Below are positions 44,462 through 54,100 of a DNA stretch of 64,000 nucleotides, piece by piece. Location of the stretch: assembly GCA_964399865.1 (NCBI GenBank), contig CAYNRJ010000001.1:330050-394049 (forward strand). The letters run 5' to 3'. A program made the position numbers and the translations under genes. The stretch is from an uncultured Candidatus Saccharibacteria bacterium (GTDB taxonomy: Bacteria; Patescibacteriota; Minisyncoccia; Phycocordibacterales; UBA2100). A model generated the notes under the pieces. That model saw only the letters and a program-made list of their open reading frames with translations. It was not told where the DNA came from and made no database searches. Every line of letters begins with the position of its first letter. The first letter of the stretch is position 1.

Positions 44462-46771
44462 CTACTCTTCAGTCGTGGTAGCTGCACCCTCGAAAGGGTT
44501 CTTGCCGGACTCCAGTGCTGTGACAAGCGGAGGCAAATTTGTGTTTGATGTATTAAGCGCAATAACGGCATTAAGCGCTGTAATTGCGTCTTCATACCTT
44601 CCCAGATAGGCGTATGATGCACTTAATAAGTAGAGGGCATTTGAGTAGTTATTTTGAATACCGACAGCACGCTCAAATGCGAGCGCCGAGTTCGTGTAAT
44701 TCTTTTGCGCGTAATAAATCGTTCCGAGGTTGTACCACCCAAGAGCGTCAGAAGGGGCTAGCTGCGCCACCGCCTCCGCGCTAACGAGCGCTGCCGCAAA
44801 GTCATTCGCGCGCGCGTCAATCTGCGACAAGAGGAAAAGCCCCACGGTGAGGTCAGGCTTCATATTTAGAGCCGCCGTAAGATGCTCCCTCGCCGCAGCG
44901 TCATCCCCTTTCAATAGATCCATCTGCGCGAGTTCCAAGAGCGGCAAAGGATTTGTCGGGTTATTCTTGAACGCCTCTTCATAGGCCGAACGTGCGCGCT
45001 CCTCCGCACCTTCGACACCCGCTCCTGCGAGCTCTCCGTACAATCGTGCGAGAGAAAGCCAATTCTGATAGTTAGCACCGCCAATCGTCACCGCCGTGAG
45101 TCCGTGCTCGACTGTTTTTGAAAGCGTATTTTGAAGTGCGGCAACAGATGCCTCATCGGTTGTTCCACTTTCCGCTAACTTCGCGAATTGAAGAATACCG
45201 AGCTCAACTGCCGCTCGATGACCTCTATCATTTTCGGGCCAGACCTTTAGAGCTGAGCTGACCGAATTTGTCGCGGCTGTAATGTCTCCACTCGCGTTGT
45301 ACAGAGCGACCGCACGATTAAGTAGCGCCTCAGAGACAACCGCACGCGAGGACTGAATGCCGCCGAGAAGAACGAGGAATGCAAACACGGTGAGAATGAG
45401 CGCACCAATGCGACCAACCCACGAACCAAACGAAAGTGACCATGTCCTATCCTTTGTGATCCCCAATAAGACTTCCCCGGCGACTACTGCCCCAAACAAT
45501 ATAAAGGTGAGAGCTGAAAGAGCAGGACCTGGAACATACATCGTATGGAAGGCCGTTAAAAATACGGCACCTCCGAGAAGAGCCGCCTGCAATAGATTCA
45601 GGATCGAGAACTCGTTTCGTGTTCTAACTATCCTCCACATTGAATACAAGAGAGCGAGGCCAACTGCCGCCCACGCTACTACTCCGAGAAGTCCGAGCGT
45701 CACGAATGTAGTTGGAATAAATCCAACTCCAGAATAGAAGTCAACATTCCAAAACTGCGTTACGTTAACCGATAGTGGTTTGTGCATTCCCCACTCTCGA
45801 GGGAAGGTATTTGGTCCTGTGCCGAAGAACATAGTGCTTGGCTGCGTAAAGGCTTGTGAGCCTACTGCGTAAGTTCCCTGCCATGACGGTCGGACCTCAA
45901 GTCTTGTGACTTGGAGTGCTGTTGGGAGAACGCTATTTATAAACGTTCCACCAAAGTAGAGTCCTGTGAGTGCGACAACTACGACTGCCCAGAGAATGAG
46001 CCGACGTCTTAGGATGCGGCGGGCTCCTTCGTGTAGGTTCCGCGAAACTAAGAATAGATACGCTGCGTACGAGAGAGAGAGCACACCTGTTGCTATGATC
46101 ACATCCTTGAAATTCACGATGATGAGGAGCGCAGTGGATGCAGCCGCTATCCCGATAAGAATGAATCTCCAGATACGATTCGCTGCAAGCGGGCTAGAGA
46201 TAAGTGCGATTGAAAGGAATAAGAGGAGTCCGATAAAAATCCCAAGATCGTGCCAACTTCCGACAACGCTCGCTGCTTGTCCTTCTAATGCGCCACCAAA
46301 CGTGAAGGACGGGACGAGAAGGTGGAACATCTGTATCGCTAGGACTACCGCACCACCAAGAAGAAGTACTCTGATGCCAGCTACAAGCTTCCCTACGCTT
46401 CCACCAAATATGAGGGAGCACGTAACAAACAGGGCGTACCAGATCATTGTCGCCACCACTGTGTCCTGCATAGCAGCTCCCGATACGAACGAAATGTCAG
46501 ATGAGCCTGTTGCAACTGCCGAGACGAGATATGCGATTGGGAGAAGGAGTGCGGCAAGGAGAAGCGGACTTTTTGGGAGTCGAATACTTCCCGACGATAA
46601 TGCCGCCGCAATCCAGGCTATCGTTGCTACGACGACTAGTATCGTGACAAGTAGTATCTTCGCCTGCGGGATAGAAACCCAAGAGGCTGGGATAAAGAAA
46701 AACGGAAGAAAGCCGCAAAGTAGTAAGGTGGCCCAGCGTGAGATCTTTTCTGCAACTCCTTCGCTAGTCAT
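44462..46771 (-). CDS. O-antigen ligase-like (Wzy_C) polytopic membrane protein fused to C-terminal TPR repeats
   Basis: About 12 TM helices with a large loop, then at least three TPR units (YNLGTIYYAQKNYTNSALAFERAV...). Confidence 0.55.
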   Translation of the reverse strand: MTSEGVAEKISRWATLLLCGFLPFFFIPASWVSIPQAKILLVTILVVVATIAWIAAALSSGSIRLPKSPLLLAALLLPIAYLVSAVATGSSDISFVSGAAMQDTVVATMIWYALFVTCSLIFGGSVGKLVAGIRVLLLGGAVVLAIQMFHLLVPSFTFGGALEGQAASVVGSWHDLGIFIGLLLFLSIALISSPLAANRIWRFILIGIAAASTALLIIVNFKDVIIATGVLSLSYAAYLFLVSRNLHEGARRILRRRLILWAVVVVALTGLYFGGTFINSVLPTALQVTRLEVRPSWQGTYAVGSQAFTQPSTMFFGTGPNTFPREWGMHKPLSVNVTQFWNVDFYSGVGFIPTTFVTLGLLGVVAWAAVGLALLYSMWRIVRTRNEFSILNLLQAALLGGAVFLTAFHTMYVPGPALSALTFILFGAVVAGEVLLGITKDRTWSLSFGSWVGRIGALILTVFAFLVLLGGIQSSRAVVSEALLNRAVALYNASGDITAATNSVSSALKVWPENDRGHRAAVELGILQFAKLAESGTTDEASVAALQNTLSKTVEHGLTAVTIGGANYQNWLSLARLYGELAGAGVEGAEERARSAYEEAFKNNPTNPLPLLELAQMDLLKGDDAAAREHLTAALNMKPDLTVGLFLLSQIDARANDFAAALVSAEAVAQLAPSDALGWYNLGTIYYAQKNYTNSALAFERAVGIQNNYSNALYLLSASYAYLGRYEDAITALNAVIALNTSNTNLPPLVTALESGKNPFEGAATTTEE

Positions 46772-46819
46772 GGTGCAAAAAGTATATCACGATGACTTCT
46801 GTATGAAATTCACAACTAA

Positions 46820-46848
46820 TTGCGTTCCTCATAAAAAAATGGCATAAT
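46820..46848 (+). promoter_or_regulatory. sigma70-like promoter of rnpB (-35 TTGCGT, 17-nt spacer, -10 CATAAT)
   Basis: Read directly; positioned 7-8 nt upstream of the predicted RNase P RNA 5' end. Confidence 0.5.
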
Positions 46849-46855
46849 TTTTACC

Positions 46856-47196
46856 TGCGCTAGGCAGTCGCCCCTCGCAAGAGTGGGAGGAAAGTCCGGA
46901 CACAGGCATCGCAAGATGCAGCATGGTAGCGGGTAATTCCCGTCACGCGGCAACGCGAGAGATGCGAACAGTGACGCCAATCTCGAAAGAGAAAGGATTC
47001 CTTCGGGAATAATCACGTCGAAAGGCGTGGGTGCAACGGCAAAATTCTTACTTCTGTGCAAGGTCGTGCTTGGTCGTGCCGCAGTGTGTTTAATTGAGCA
47101 CAGTGCGGCATGACTGAGAGAACCGCTCGAGGTGAATGGCAACATTCATCCCAGATACATGACAGCCCTAGACAAAATCCGGCTTATCGGCGCAAC
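46856..47196 (+). ncRNA. rnpB: RNase P RNA (bacterial type A)
   Basis: P4 strands GGAGGAAAGUCCGGAC near the 5' end and ACAAAAUCCGGCUUAUCG near the 3' end; P1 closing pairs; immediately followed by an intrinsic terminator. Confidence 0.8.
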
Positions 47197-47201
47197 AAAA
47201 G

Positions 47202-47231
47202 GGAGTCCGCAAGGACTCCTTTTTGTTTTTC
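47202..47231 (+). terminator. rho-independent terminator of rnpB
   Basis: ggagtcc/ggactcc stem with gcaa loop, followed by tttttgttttt. Confidence 0.75.
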
Positions 47232-47318
47232 TTATACTCTCATCCGTAAGTAAGGGTATTTGAGATTTTTCCCAACCACCCCCCTCTACGAAACTCGACT
47301 CAGCGTGTGCTTTTCGGA

Positions 47319-47377
47319 GTGTCTCGCAGCGCGACGGCGCGAGAGGCAGCGCTCAGCCAGCAGGCTGAGACAGCGAC
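47319..47377. repeat. 59-nt structured repeat, copy B (3' of the RNR gene)
   Basis: See copy A; the outer tgtctc/gagaca stem encloses two hairpins. Confidence 0.7.
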
Positions 47378-47414
47378 TCCGAAAAGTATGCGGTGTGGCG
47401 AGTTTCGTCCCCTC

Positions 47415-49790
47415 CTACACTATTTCGCACGTCCCTCCTGCGCATGCCAACTCCTTTGCCTGCTCTGTTTCGTCTGTTCGTTCGTAGTTGAAGAGCTTAG
47501 AGTAATCAATCTGCGGGAATTTCTTTGAAAGTTCTTCGAAGCGTTTTTTATCGATCGGTTCATACGGAGCCAAACGATACACGTGGCTTGAGCGAGGGAG
47601 GAACGAAAGTCCTCCGACTATCTCCCAGTTCTCGAAGAGCCATGCAACGACTGCGACCCACTCCTCTTCCCCTACTGAGATCGTGGCTGATGGATTGTGC
47701 TCAGTGAAATTCAATTTAACGAGCTTCCAATACTCAAGCTGTTTTATAGCAGTGAGATCATCTTTGAATACAGAGCCGTGCGGCGCCTTCACTGGGAACT
47801 CCAGCACATATGTCGTCGCCTCTCCCGCTGTCTGCCCCACTTCTGGGTGATACGGGATCCCCTGGTCGCTCACCATCTTAAAGAGTGAGTCGGTCGCCGA
47901 GATACGGATACGACGAATGTAGTACTGAGAGTGACGTGGGTGAATACCGGACGAACAATCAAATGCCTGAGAGACTGTGCCGGATGGCTTCACGCACGTG
48001 ATTGAATTTGAAGGATTTACTCCAAAGCGCTTCGCATACTCCTTATTGGTCTTCACTGCGAGGTCACGCATCTTGCGGAGCGTCGAACCGTGACGAACTG
48101 CTGGAGAATCCCACTGTCCTGTTATGGATACACCGAGGAGTCTCTCCGCCTCACAGTTGTCAGTCCAATCTTTCGAGATGTAATTGAACTTCGTGAGTGT
48201 TGACTGATATGTACCGAGAAGCGTTGCGAGTTTTATTTTCCGGAGAAGCGTTTTCTCAGTATCATCCGCGCGTGCAATGACTTCTGAGAGATTGCAGAAT
48301 TGCTTTGATTGCAGAATGATCTCGCCACATGGGTTTGTACCTACCTGTCCGATATCTCCCGTAATCTTGCCGTTCTTCTTTTGGAGATACTTTACTCGGC
48401 GTTCAGGCATCGTCTTCTGGAGAGAGCCACGGTTGAAGATACCGCGTTCTCCTGTACCTGATTTCATGAGAGCGACCCATTCATCCATGAGCTCAGCGTT
48501 CGTCGGCTTTGTCTCATACACAGCTGAGTTGTTGGCGACAGAGCGGTAAGGATCTGTAAGGAAGAACTGACCTTTCTTGGCATCGCGAATCTCGACATCG
48601 TCGAGGTCGGAGAGCGAAATCATGGCTGTACGACGGACTCCGCCGGCGACCACACACTCACCTATCTTGCAGATAATGTCGTGCGCATCGATGTTTCTCA
48701 GGCGTCTTCCCTGTTTTCTAAGTATTCTGTCGCGAGCGAATGCGAGAAGCGAGCGAAGTGGTTCCGGACCAGATGCCTTGCCCCCCATTGTCTTCAAGCG
48801 TGCGCCAGCTGGACGGATCATGGAGAAGTCGAAATCAACATCCTTGCCGGAGTACCACGTACGAAGTCCGAGAGTGAGCGAATCACACCACCCCTCCTTT
48901 GTGTCCTGCACGATGTGCGTTGGGATCTTTTCTCCTGTTTGTTTTTCTATCTGAGGCAATTGCTGGATGTTCTGACTTTCTACTGAATACCCAACACCAC
49001 ATCCCTGCATCGAGAGATACATGATCTCTGCGAAATCTTCGAGCTTCACCGGAGCAGTGAATGAACAATTGTAGAAGCAGGTGTTGCACTTACGAGCGGG
49101 AGCACCTGAAAATTGCATCGCGCGCATTGAAGGCATCACTTCCTGCTTCAATATTGCTTCACGAAGTTCGGCGTACTCTTTCTTCAAGAGCTTGTCGCCA
49201 AGATTCTCTTTCATAAAACCAATGTACCTGTCGACAGTTTCGATCCATGTCTCACGACGCTGCTCACTCTCTATCCAGCGCGCGTAGGTACGGAGATACA
49301 CGAACTCGCCGAGTGGATTATCTTTGAAATACTTTTTGCTCTCTTCGGTGAGCTTCTTTACGTGCTCTGGGATAGAGCCCTGCTCTTTACGGACCTTCGC
49401 ACGCTCTGCGCGGAAGAGAATGTATGACTTGGAGGTCGCTACGTAGTCGGAAAGCATGAGTTGGCGCTCTACTTCGTCCTGGCAGCCCTCGACTGTCGGG
49501 AGGAAATTCTTGTATGTGCGCGCTATGCGCATCATTTCTCCCGCTACTTTGTGCGCAACAACAGCTGCCTCCTCAGGAGAACCCTCGTTAGAGGCCTTCA
49601 TCGCCTTCTCGATCGCAGAAATTACCTTTGCAAACTCAAAAGGCACGATACGTCCATCGCGCTTCTGGATATTTGGAAGATACTTCTTATAGACGCGAAA
49701 CGCGGCCGCACCTTCGGCGCGTGGAGAAAGACCGGCGTCTCGGACATTCTTCCCTGCTCTTTTGACTGCTGTGTGTTGTGTCATGCGCAT
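47415..49790 (-). CDS. nrdJ: ribonucleotide reductase, probably class II (adenosylcobalamin-dependent, NrdJ-like)
   Basis: 791 aa; active-site region GTNPCGEIILQSKQFCNLSEV matches the NPCGEI...CNLS pattern of class II enzymes; N-terminal ATP-cone-like segment. Confidence 0.7.
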   Translation of the reverse strand: MRMTQHTAVKRAGKNVRDAGLSPRAEGAAAFRVYKKYLPNIQKRDGRIVPFEFAKVISAIEKAMKASNEGSPEEAAVVAHKVAGEMMRIARTYKNFLPTVEGCQDEVERQLMLSDYVATSKSYILFRAERAKVRKEQGSIPEHVKKLTEESKKYFKDNPLGEFVYLRTYARWIESEQRRETWIETVDRYIGFMKENLGDKLLKKEYAELREAILKQEVMPSMRAMQFSGAPARKCNTCFYNCSFTAPVKLEDFAEIMYLSMQGCGVGYSVESQNIQQLPQIEKQTGEKIPTHIVQDTKEGWCDSLTLGLRTWYSGKDVDFDFSMIRPAGARLKTMGGKASGPEPLRSLLAFARDRILRKQGRRLRNIDAHDIICKIGECVVAGGVRRTAMISLSDLDDVEIRDAKKGQFFLTDPYRSVANNSAVYETKPTNAELMDEWVALMKSGTGERGIFNRGSLQKTMPERRVKYLQKKNGKITGDIGQVGTNPCGEIILQSKQFCNLSEVIARADDTEKTLLRKIKLATLLGTYQSTLTKFNYISKDWTDNCEAERLLGVSITGQWDSPAVRHGSTLRKMRDLAVKTNKEYAKRFGVNPSNSITCVKPSGTVSQAFDCSSGIHPRHSQYYIRRIRISATDSLFKMVSDQGIPYHPEVGQTAGEATTYVLEFPVKAPHGSVFKDDLTAIKQLEYWKLVKLNFTEHNPSATISVGEEEWVAVVAWLFENWEIVGGLSFLPRSSHVYRLAPYEPIDKKRFEELSKKFPQIDYSKLFNYERTDETEQAKELACAGGTCEIV

Positions 49791-49837
49791 GAACTAAGTT
49801 ATTAATCGCCTATGCTCATATGCCGTCTTCGTTCGGA

Positions 49838-49863
49838 CGAAATGAAAATAAATTTTCATTTCG
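49838..49863. promoter_or_regulatory. perfect 11-bp inverted repeat cgaaatgaaaa-taaa-ttttcatttcg in the nrd 5' region
   Basis: Read directly; 48-73 nt upstream of the RNR start codon. Confidence 0.5.
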
Positions 49864-49953
49864 GATCCTCACTAGCCGTCATAACGGGATGTTTATATTA
49901 CTCCCCTCTTTCGAGAAAAATTTTAACTTCGACCTGTGGATAACAGTATGAAG

Positions 49954-50409
49954 TTACTTAAAAAGAACCGCGTCTCCCTTTTTAACAGTATACTCCTTTA
50001 TAAATCCAGCTCGAAGCTCTAGCGCGTAGCGAGCAGGTGCTTCCGGAGAAAATGAAGTCGGATATGTGTCCGGAGACACTGACGGAGCTATGTCAATAAC
50101 TACGCCATCGCGAGACAACCAAATGATGTCGATCGCGAACAGCATGTCCTTCATCCAAAAGGAGTGCCGAGCGTCTTCCGTGAATACAAATAGCATTCCT
50201 TCATCGCGCCCGAGGCCAGAGCGACCTGAAAGTCCAAGCGCTCTCTTTTCCTCAGTATCCGCAACTTCTACATTTATTGAGCGTCCGCTTATGACCACCA
50301 CTTTTACATCCCCCGTAAAACTTGGGGTATCCACAGATTTGAGGAGAATGAAGAGAATGACGCAAAAAAGCGTTGCGATGACTGCGCCCCACATAAATAA
50401 TGGCTTCAT
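49954..50409 (-). CDS. DUF192 (COG1430) domain protein with N-terminal TM anchor
   Basis: LFVFTEDARHSFWMKDMLFAIDIIWLSRDGVVIDI is the conserved DUF192 core. Confidence 0.6.
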   Translation of the reverse strand: MKPLFMWGAVIATLFCVILFILLKSVDTPSFTGDVKVVVISGRSINVEVADTEEKRALGLSGRSGLGRDEGMLFVFTEDARHSFWMKDMLFAIDIIWLSRDGVVIDIAPSVSPDTYPTSFSPEAPARYALELRAGFIKEYTVKKGDAVLFK

Positions 50410-50521
50410 GGATGATAAAAAAGAGAATAATAATCAGCTCGTAGGTATCTCTATGGTAACGCGCCCATCCCCTCTCACCAAGGGAGCTGGGTAGACTGTA
50501 GAGTTTTGATATACTTTTAGT

Positions 50522-51388
50522 ATGTTTTTCAAAATTTCAGGAAACAAGGGTGGTGAGAAACCAAAACAGAAGGCTGAAAAATTTTCCGCCCATATTAAGC
50601 ATAGCTCAGAACTCCACGCACTAAATCGAGATACGAAGATTGCATCACTTCTAAAGCGAGAATTCAAAGGTATTGCTTGGAAAGAAGGGCAAGGCAATCT
50701 TCGCCTTCTATTCGTAGGAATTGGTGAGAAACACGGGGTGAACGTAGCCGGAGTGACCGAAGGATGGAACGTCCCGGAAGGTTATGCTGAATTTATCACT
50801 GAATCCAAAGCAAGCGCTAGATTTTTAAATGCACATGGAATTAATGCTGAGAAAAAACATGCGGAGGAATACGTATCTGAGGAAGCCGCTGATGTTGTTA
50901 TCGTCTTAGATGAGGAAGTGGGGGCGACAAATAAATTCATAAAGAATGTAGACCGAAAAGGATACCTCATTTGTCGTGGAAAAATGGCCACCGAAGCAAT
51001 GGAGAGTGGCAAATTCCAGCAAAAAGGAGTGCTCACATTACTTGGGGGTGAATGGAGGTACACTGAATCCAAAGAGTACGACGTTGTTCAGACAGATGAT
51101 GAGTTCGAGAAGGCAAAGGAGGTGCCTGGCGCGGTTTCGTATAAGGAGGCAAAGGAAACGCTCATTAAACTCGGCCGACCAACCGATAACGTACTGGAGG
51201 AGTACCAGAAGCTCATTAAAGAAGCGCGCGAAATGGAGGAAAACAGGACCGCAGTCGACGCTGGCGAGACAAGGCTTACCTACACTGCCTCAAACGGACA
51301 GACCATCGAAATCGAGACTGGGCTCCCACGCATGCACGTCTCAGACGACGATATCTATATCCTTAGAAAGCGCCCCGACGCCCTCTAA
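50522..51388 (+). CDS. hypothetical cytoplasmic protein
   Basis: 288-aa charged ORF with no TM segments and no domain I can name; 26-nt convergent overlap with the arginase-family gene. Confidence 0.4.
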   Translation: MFFKISGNKGGEKPKQKAEKFSAHIKHSSELHALNRDTKIASLLKREFKGIAWKEGQGNLRLLFVGIGEKHGVNVAGVTEGWNVPEGYAEFITESKASARFLNAHGINAEKKHAEEYVSEEAADVVIVLDEEVGATNKFIKNVDRKGYLICRGKMATEAMESGKFQQKGVLTLLGGEWRYTESKEYDVVQTDDEFEKAKEVPGAVSYKEAKETLIKLGRPTDNVLEEYQKLIKEAREMEENRTAVDAGETRLTYTASNGQTIEIETGLPRMHVSDDDIYILRKRPDAL

Positions 51389-52388
51389 CGGGTGCCACAA
51401 CTCTCTCCTCTTTTGTAACGTTGGTACTTTTGTACTCGTTTATGTAGTTTTCGTACCAGCTGTATTCAGCACCTAGAAAGCGCGCTGTTAGTTCGAGTGC
51501 AAGAGTTGCTGTTTTCGCATCCTTATCCTTAGCTGGAGAGATCTCCACGACATCGAGTCCCGTGAGAATACAGGTCTTTCCAATGTATTGCGCGAGACTT
51601 AAAATTTCACGCTTTGTGAGTCCCCCACTGTTTGGCATGCCAACTCCTGGCGCATACCCCTCGTCTATAGAATCCATGTCCATACTTACCCAAATCGTGT
51701 CCACCTTTCTACGAAGTGCGTCTATCGCCAGCCGTGCGGGCAAAAGCCCGCGCTCAGCAATGTCTAGCATTGTGACGGTGGAAACTTTTTCACGACGGAG
51801 AAATTCTATTTCCGCTTTGTCTATATCCTTGAGGCCGATGTAGAGAAAATTCTCGGGCGATATCTTTCTACCTGTTCTGCCGATATCAGTAAGGAGTGGA
51901 TGTCCAAATCCCATGAGAGACGCGGCAGGCATACCGTGAATATTCCCTGTAAGAGTCGTCTCATGCGTATTTGCATCTGGGTGAGCGTCGATCCAGATGA
52001 CTCCCATCGAGCGATGGACAGAAGCTGCGCCAGCGACGGTGCCAAGAGCGATCGAATGATCGCCACCGAGCGTCAATACGAAATCTTTGCGGCGCACGGC
52101 CTTTTCGACTACCGCAGAAGATAAGCGCGCCGCCGCAACTACTTCATCGAGATATTTTGCAGAGCCGGCACTCACCACATGCAGCGGTTTTCGGCATGGG
52201 ATCATCGTCGTCTCGACGACATCTCCGCCGAGAGAGGTGAGCATTTTCTCAAGCCCACTTTTTAGAAGATACTGAGGAGCGTTTGCTAACCCGCGCTCGT
52301 CCGACCCTAGTTCAGAAGGCACTCCAACGATACTGATAGTTCGCTCGACTGGTTCGTGTTCGTAGAATGAAAGATTGTCTCGTACCAT
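51363..52388 (-). CDS. arginase/agmatinase/formiminoglutamase-family ureohydrolase
   Basis: Mn-binding motifs GGDHSIALG, WIDAHPDANT and SMDMDSIDEGYAPGVGMPNSGGLT. Confidence 0.75.
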   Translation of the reverse strand: MVRDNLSFYEHEPVERTISIVGVPSELGSDERGLANAPQYLLKSGLEKMLTSLGGDVVETTMIPCRKPLHVVSAGSAKYLDEVVAAARLSSAVVEKAVRRKDFVLTLGGDHSIALGTVAGAASVHRSMGVIWIDAHPDANTHETTLTGNIHGMPAASLMGFGHPLLTDIGRTGRKISPENFLYIGLKDIDKAEIEFLRREKVSTVTMLDIAERGLLPARLAIDALRRKVDTIWVSMDMDSIDEGYAPGVGMPNSGGLTKREILSLAQYIGKTCILTGLDVVEISPAKDKDAKTATLALELTARFLGAEYSWYENYINEYKSTNVTKEERVVAPVRGRRGAF

Positions 52389-52463
52389 TTCTTTTTCACA
52401 ACAATAGCAACTATTTGCTTTCTGTATGGATACTAGACGAAAAACTGTGGAAAAACTTTCGGG

Positions 52464-52748
52464 CTACGGATTCTTTCGATAACAAATTTTAAGCATGATG
52501 AGCAGAATATTAACGATAAGTGCGATCGCGTTCGCAACGATCATCAAAGTACCGTTCAAAAGAAAACCGTATATTCCCCAAAAGATACAATTGAAAAAGA
52601 AAAGGACTAGCATTCCCCACGAGAGATCCTCCACGCTTCTTGTTTTATATGTTTTCAGGACCTGCGGAACCTGAAACGAAATGCCTGTGAGTATTCCCAA
52701 ATACCCGAAAATATCAACGAGTTCCATAAAGTATGTGGAGTATAACAA
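52464..52748 (-). CDS. SemiSWEET / PQ-loop sugar transporter
   Basis: 94 aa, 3 TM helices, PQ motif FQVPQVLKTYKTRS. Confidence 0.7.
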   Translation of the reverse strand: MLYSTYFMELVDIFGYLGILTGISFQVPQVLKTYKTRSVEDLSWGMLVLFFFNCIFWGIYGFLLNGTLMIVANAIALIVNILLIMLKICYRKNP

Positions 52749-52867
52749 AACTGACGTTAATTGACGCTATACTCCAGGCTACATATAGTTCCTTATTAGG
52801 GACCTAGCGGAAGCGAAGTCCAGGATATAAAGATTCCTAATTCGAACTCGAACAGGGAGTGTTCCAG

Positions 52868-53707
52868 ATGACCGCTAGCCTGAAATTGTCGGGGACCCAT
52901 GTCATCATGGGCGTCCTCAACAGCCAGTCGCTTACCTGGCAGATTGCGAGAGCAGTCCGTGAGGCGGAGGGCGACGTGATCGTCACCGTACAATCGGCGG
53001 AGATTTTGTCCTCCGTCGACAAGCTCGTCACAGGTACTGGGATCCGGGCCTGCGTGTGCGACGTCGAACATGACGCCCAGCTCGATGAGTTTTTCGGGTG
53101 GCTTGCGGGGCAAGGACAAATCTCCGGTTTCGTGTACGGACCGGCCTATGCAGACCGTGCCGAGCTTACCGGCAGAGTTGTCGACACAACTCGTCCGAAC
53201 TTCGCACGTTCACTCGATGTGTCATGCTTCGGTTTCCTCGATTCCTGCCGGCGTGTTGAGCCACTCATGCACGACGGCGCGAAGATTCTCGCTCTCACGT
53301 ATGGGGCGTCTCAACAAAGCTGCGACAACTACAACGTCATGGGTGTCGCGAAGGCGGCGCTTGAGGCGGCAGTGCGCGGCGCAGCGCGGGATTTCGGCGG
53401 GCGAGAGATCGCGGTCAACGCACTCTCGCCGACTACGGTGCGTACCGTGGCGGCGCGAGCAGTACAGGACCCGTACCCCCTCGCGTACGCTCATATGGCC
53501 CGCTCGATCTTCGGGCGAACCACGAAGCCGGAAGAAATCGGCAAGTGGGGCGCATTCATGCTGAGCGACTTCTGCGACGGCATGACGGGCGAGATCGTCT
53601 ACATCGACTGTGGCACCCGGAGCTCCGGCATGCCGCCCAAGCGTAACGCCCACATCGTGACCGAGATGGATCGCAAGTACAACCCGTCCCCTAAGGGCGG
53701 CGAATGA
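52868..53707 (+). CDS. enoyl-ACP reductase FabI-like SDR, encoded in a ~1.7-kb high-GC islet
   Basis: ALTYGASQQSCDNYNVMGVAKAALEAAVR...AVNALSPTTVRTVAA aligns with the FabI Y-x6-K catalytic region and the substrate-binding loop. A GGGAG ribosome-binding site precedes the ATG at 52868, and local GC is near 60%. Confidence 0.7.
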   Translation: MTASLKLSGTHVIMGVLNSQSLTWQIARAVREAEGDVIVTVQSAEILSSVDKLVTGTGIRACVCDVEHDAQLDEFFGWLAGQGQISGFVYGPAYADRAELTGRVVDTTRPNFARSLDVSCFGFLDSCRRVEPLMHDGAKILALTYGASQQSCDNYNVMGVAKAALEAAVRGAARDFGGREIAVNALSPTTVRTVAARAVQDPYPLAYAHMARSIFGRTTKPEEIGKWGAFMLSDFCDGMTGEIVYIDCGTRSSGMPPKRNAHIVTEMDRKYNPSPKGGE

Positions 53708-53970
53708 AGGAGAGGATGATGACAACCATCGACGACCCTATCGCTGAAGCTCAGCGCTGGCTGCTGCAGCAGCTGCAGAAGGCTCGGGGAGCACATCGTG
53801 CTTTCCGCGTACGCGTCGCCCAAATCGCCGACGAGCTGATCAACTTCGGGCAAGGCAGGGGTTTCATTCCTGTCGCCCCACTGGAGATCGCTCGCGGCTT
53901 CAGGAAGGCAACTGTCATCGTTGCTCTCTACCCTGACGGGAACGAGGAAACGATCACTGCTAGCCTGTGA
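53704..53970 (+). CDS. hypothetical protein (co-transcribed with the FabI-like gene, ATGA overlap)
   Basis: 88-aa ORF in the high-GC islet. Confidence 0.35.
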   Translation: MKERMMTTIDDPIAEAQRWLLQQLQKARGAHRAFRVRVAQIADELINFGQGRGFIPVAPLEIARGFRKATVIVALYPDGNEETITASL

Positions 53971-53997
53971 AGGGCTGTGACTGCAGTGAGAACGAGC

Positions 53998-54033
53998 GGC
54001 CGCGGCGATCCTTCGCCGCGGCCTTCAACTTTT
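53998..54033 (+). terminator. intrinsic terminator after the FabI-like operon
   Basis: ggccgcggcga/tcgccgcggcc stem with tcct loop, followed by ttcaactttt. Confidence 0.5.
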
Positions 54034-54100
54034 GTATACAAAACATTGTGCCGCCCGTCATTTTCGATCGGGCGGCACTCCTCTTCGGCTCTCGGCTCCA

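Noticed and set aside
46816-47145. 109-aa minus-strand ORF and the 293-aa plus-strand ORF at 45966..46847
   Set aside because: The first overlaps the RNase P RNA gene, promoter and terminator. The second is antisense to the O-antigen-ligase gene. Neither has a ribosome-binding site or plausible composition.
49791-49953. Cobalamin riboswitch upstream of the class II RNR
   Set aside because: The leader is only about 160 nt, contains no B12-box-like sequence, and is dominated by a simple palindrome.
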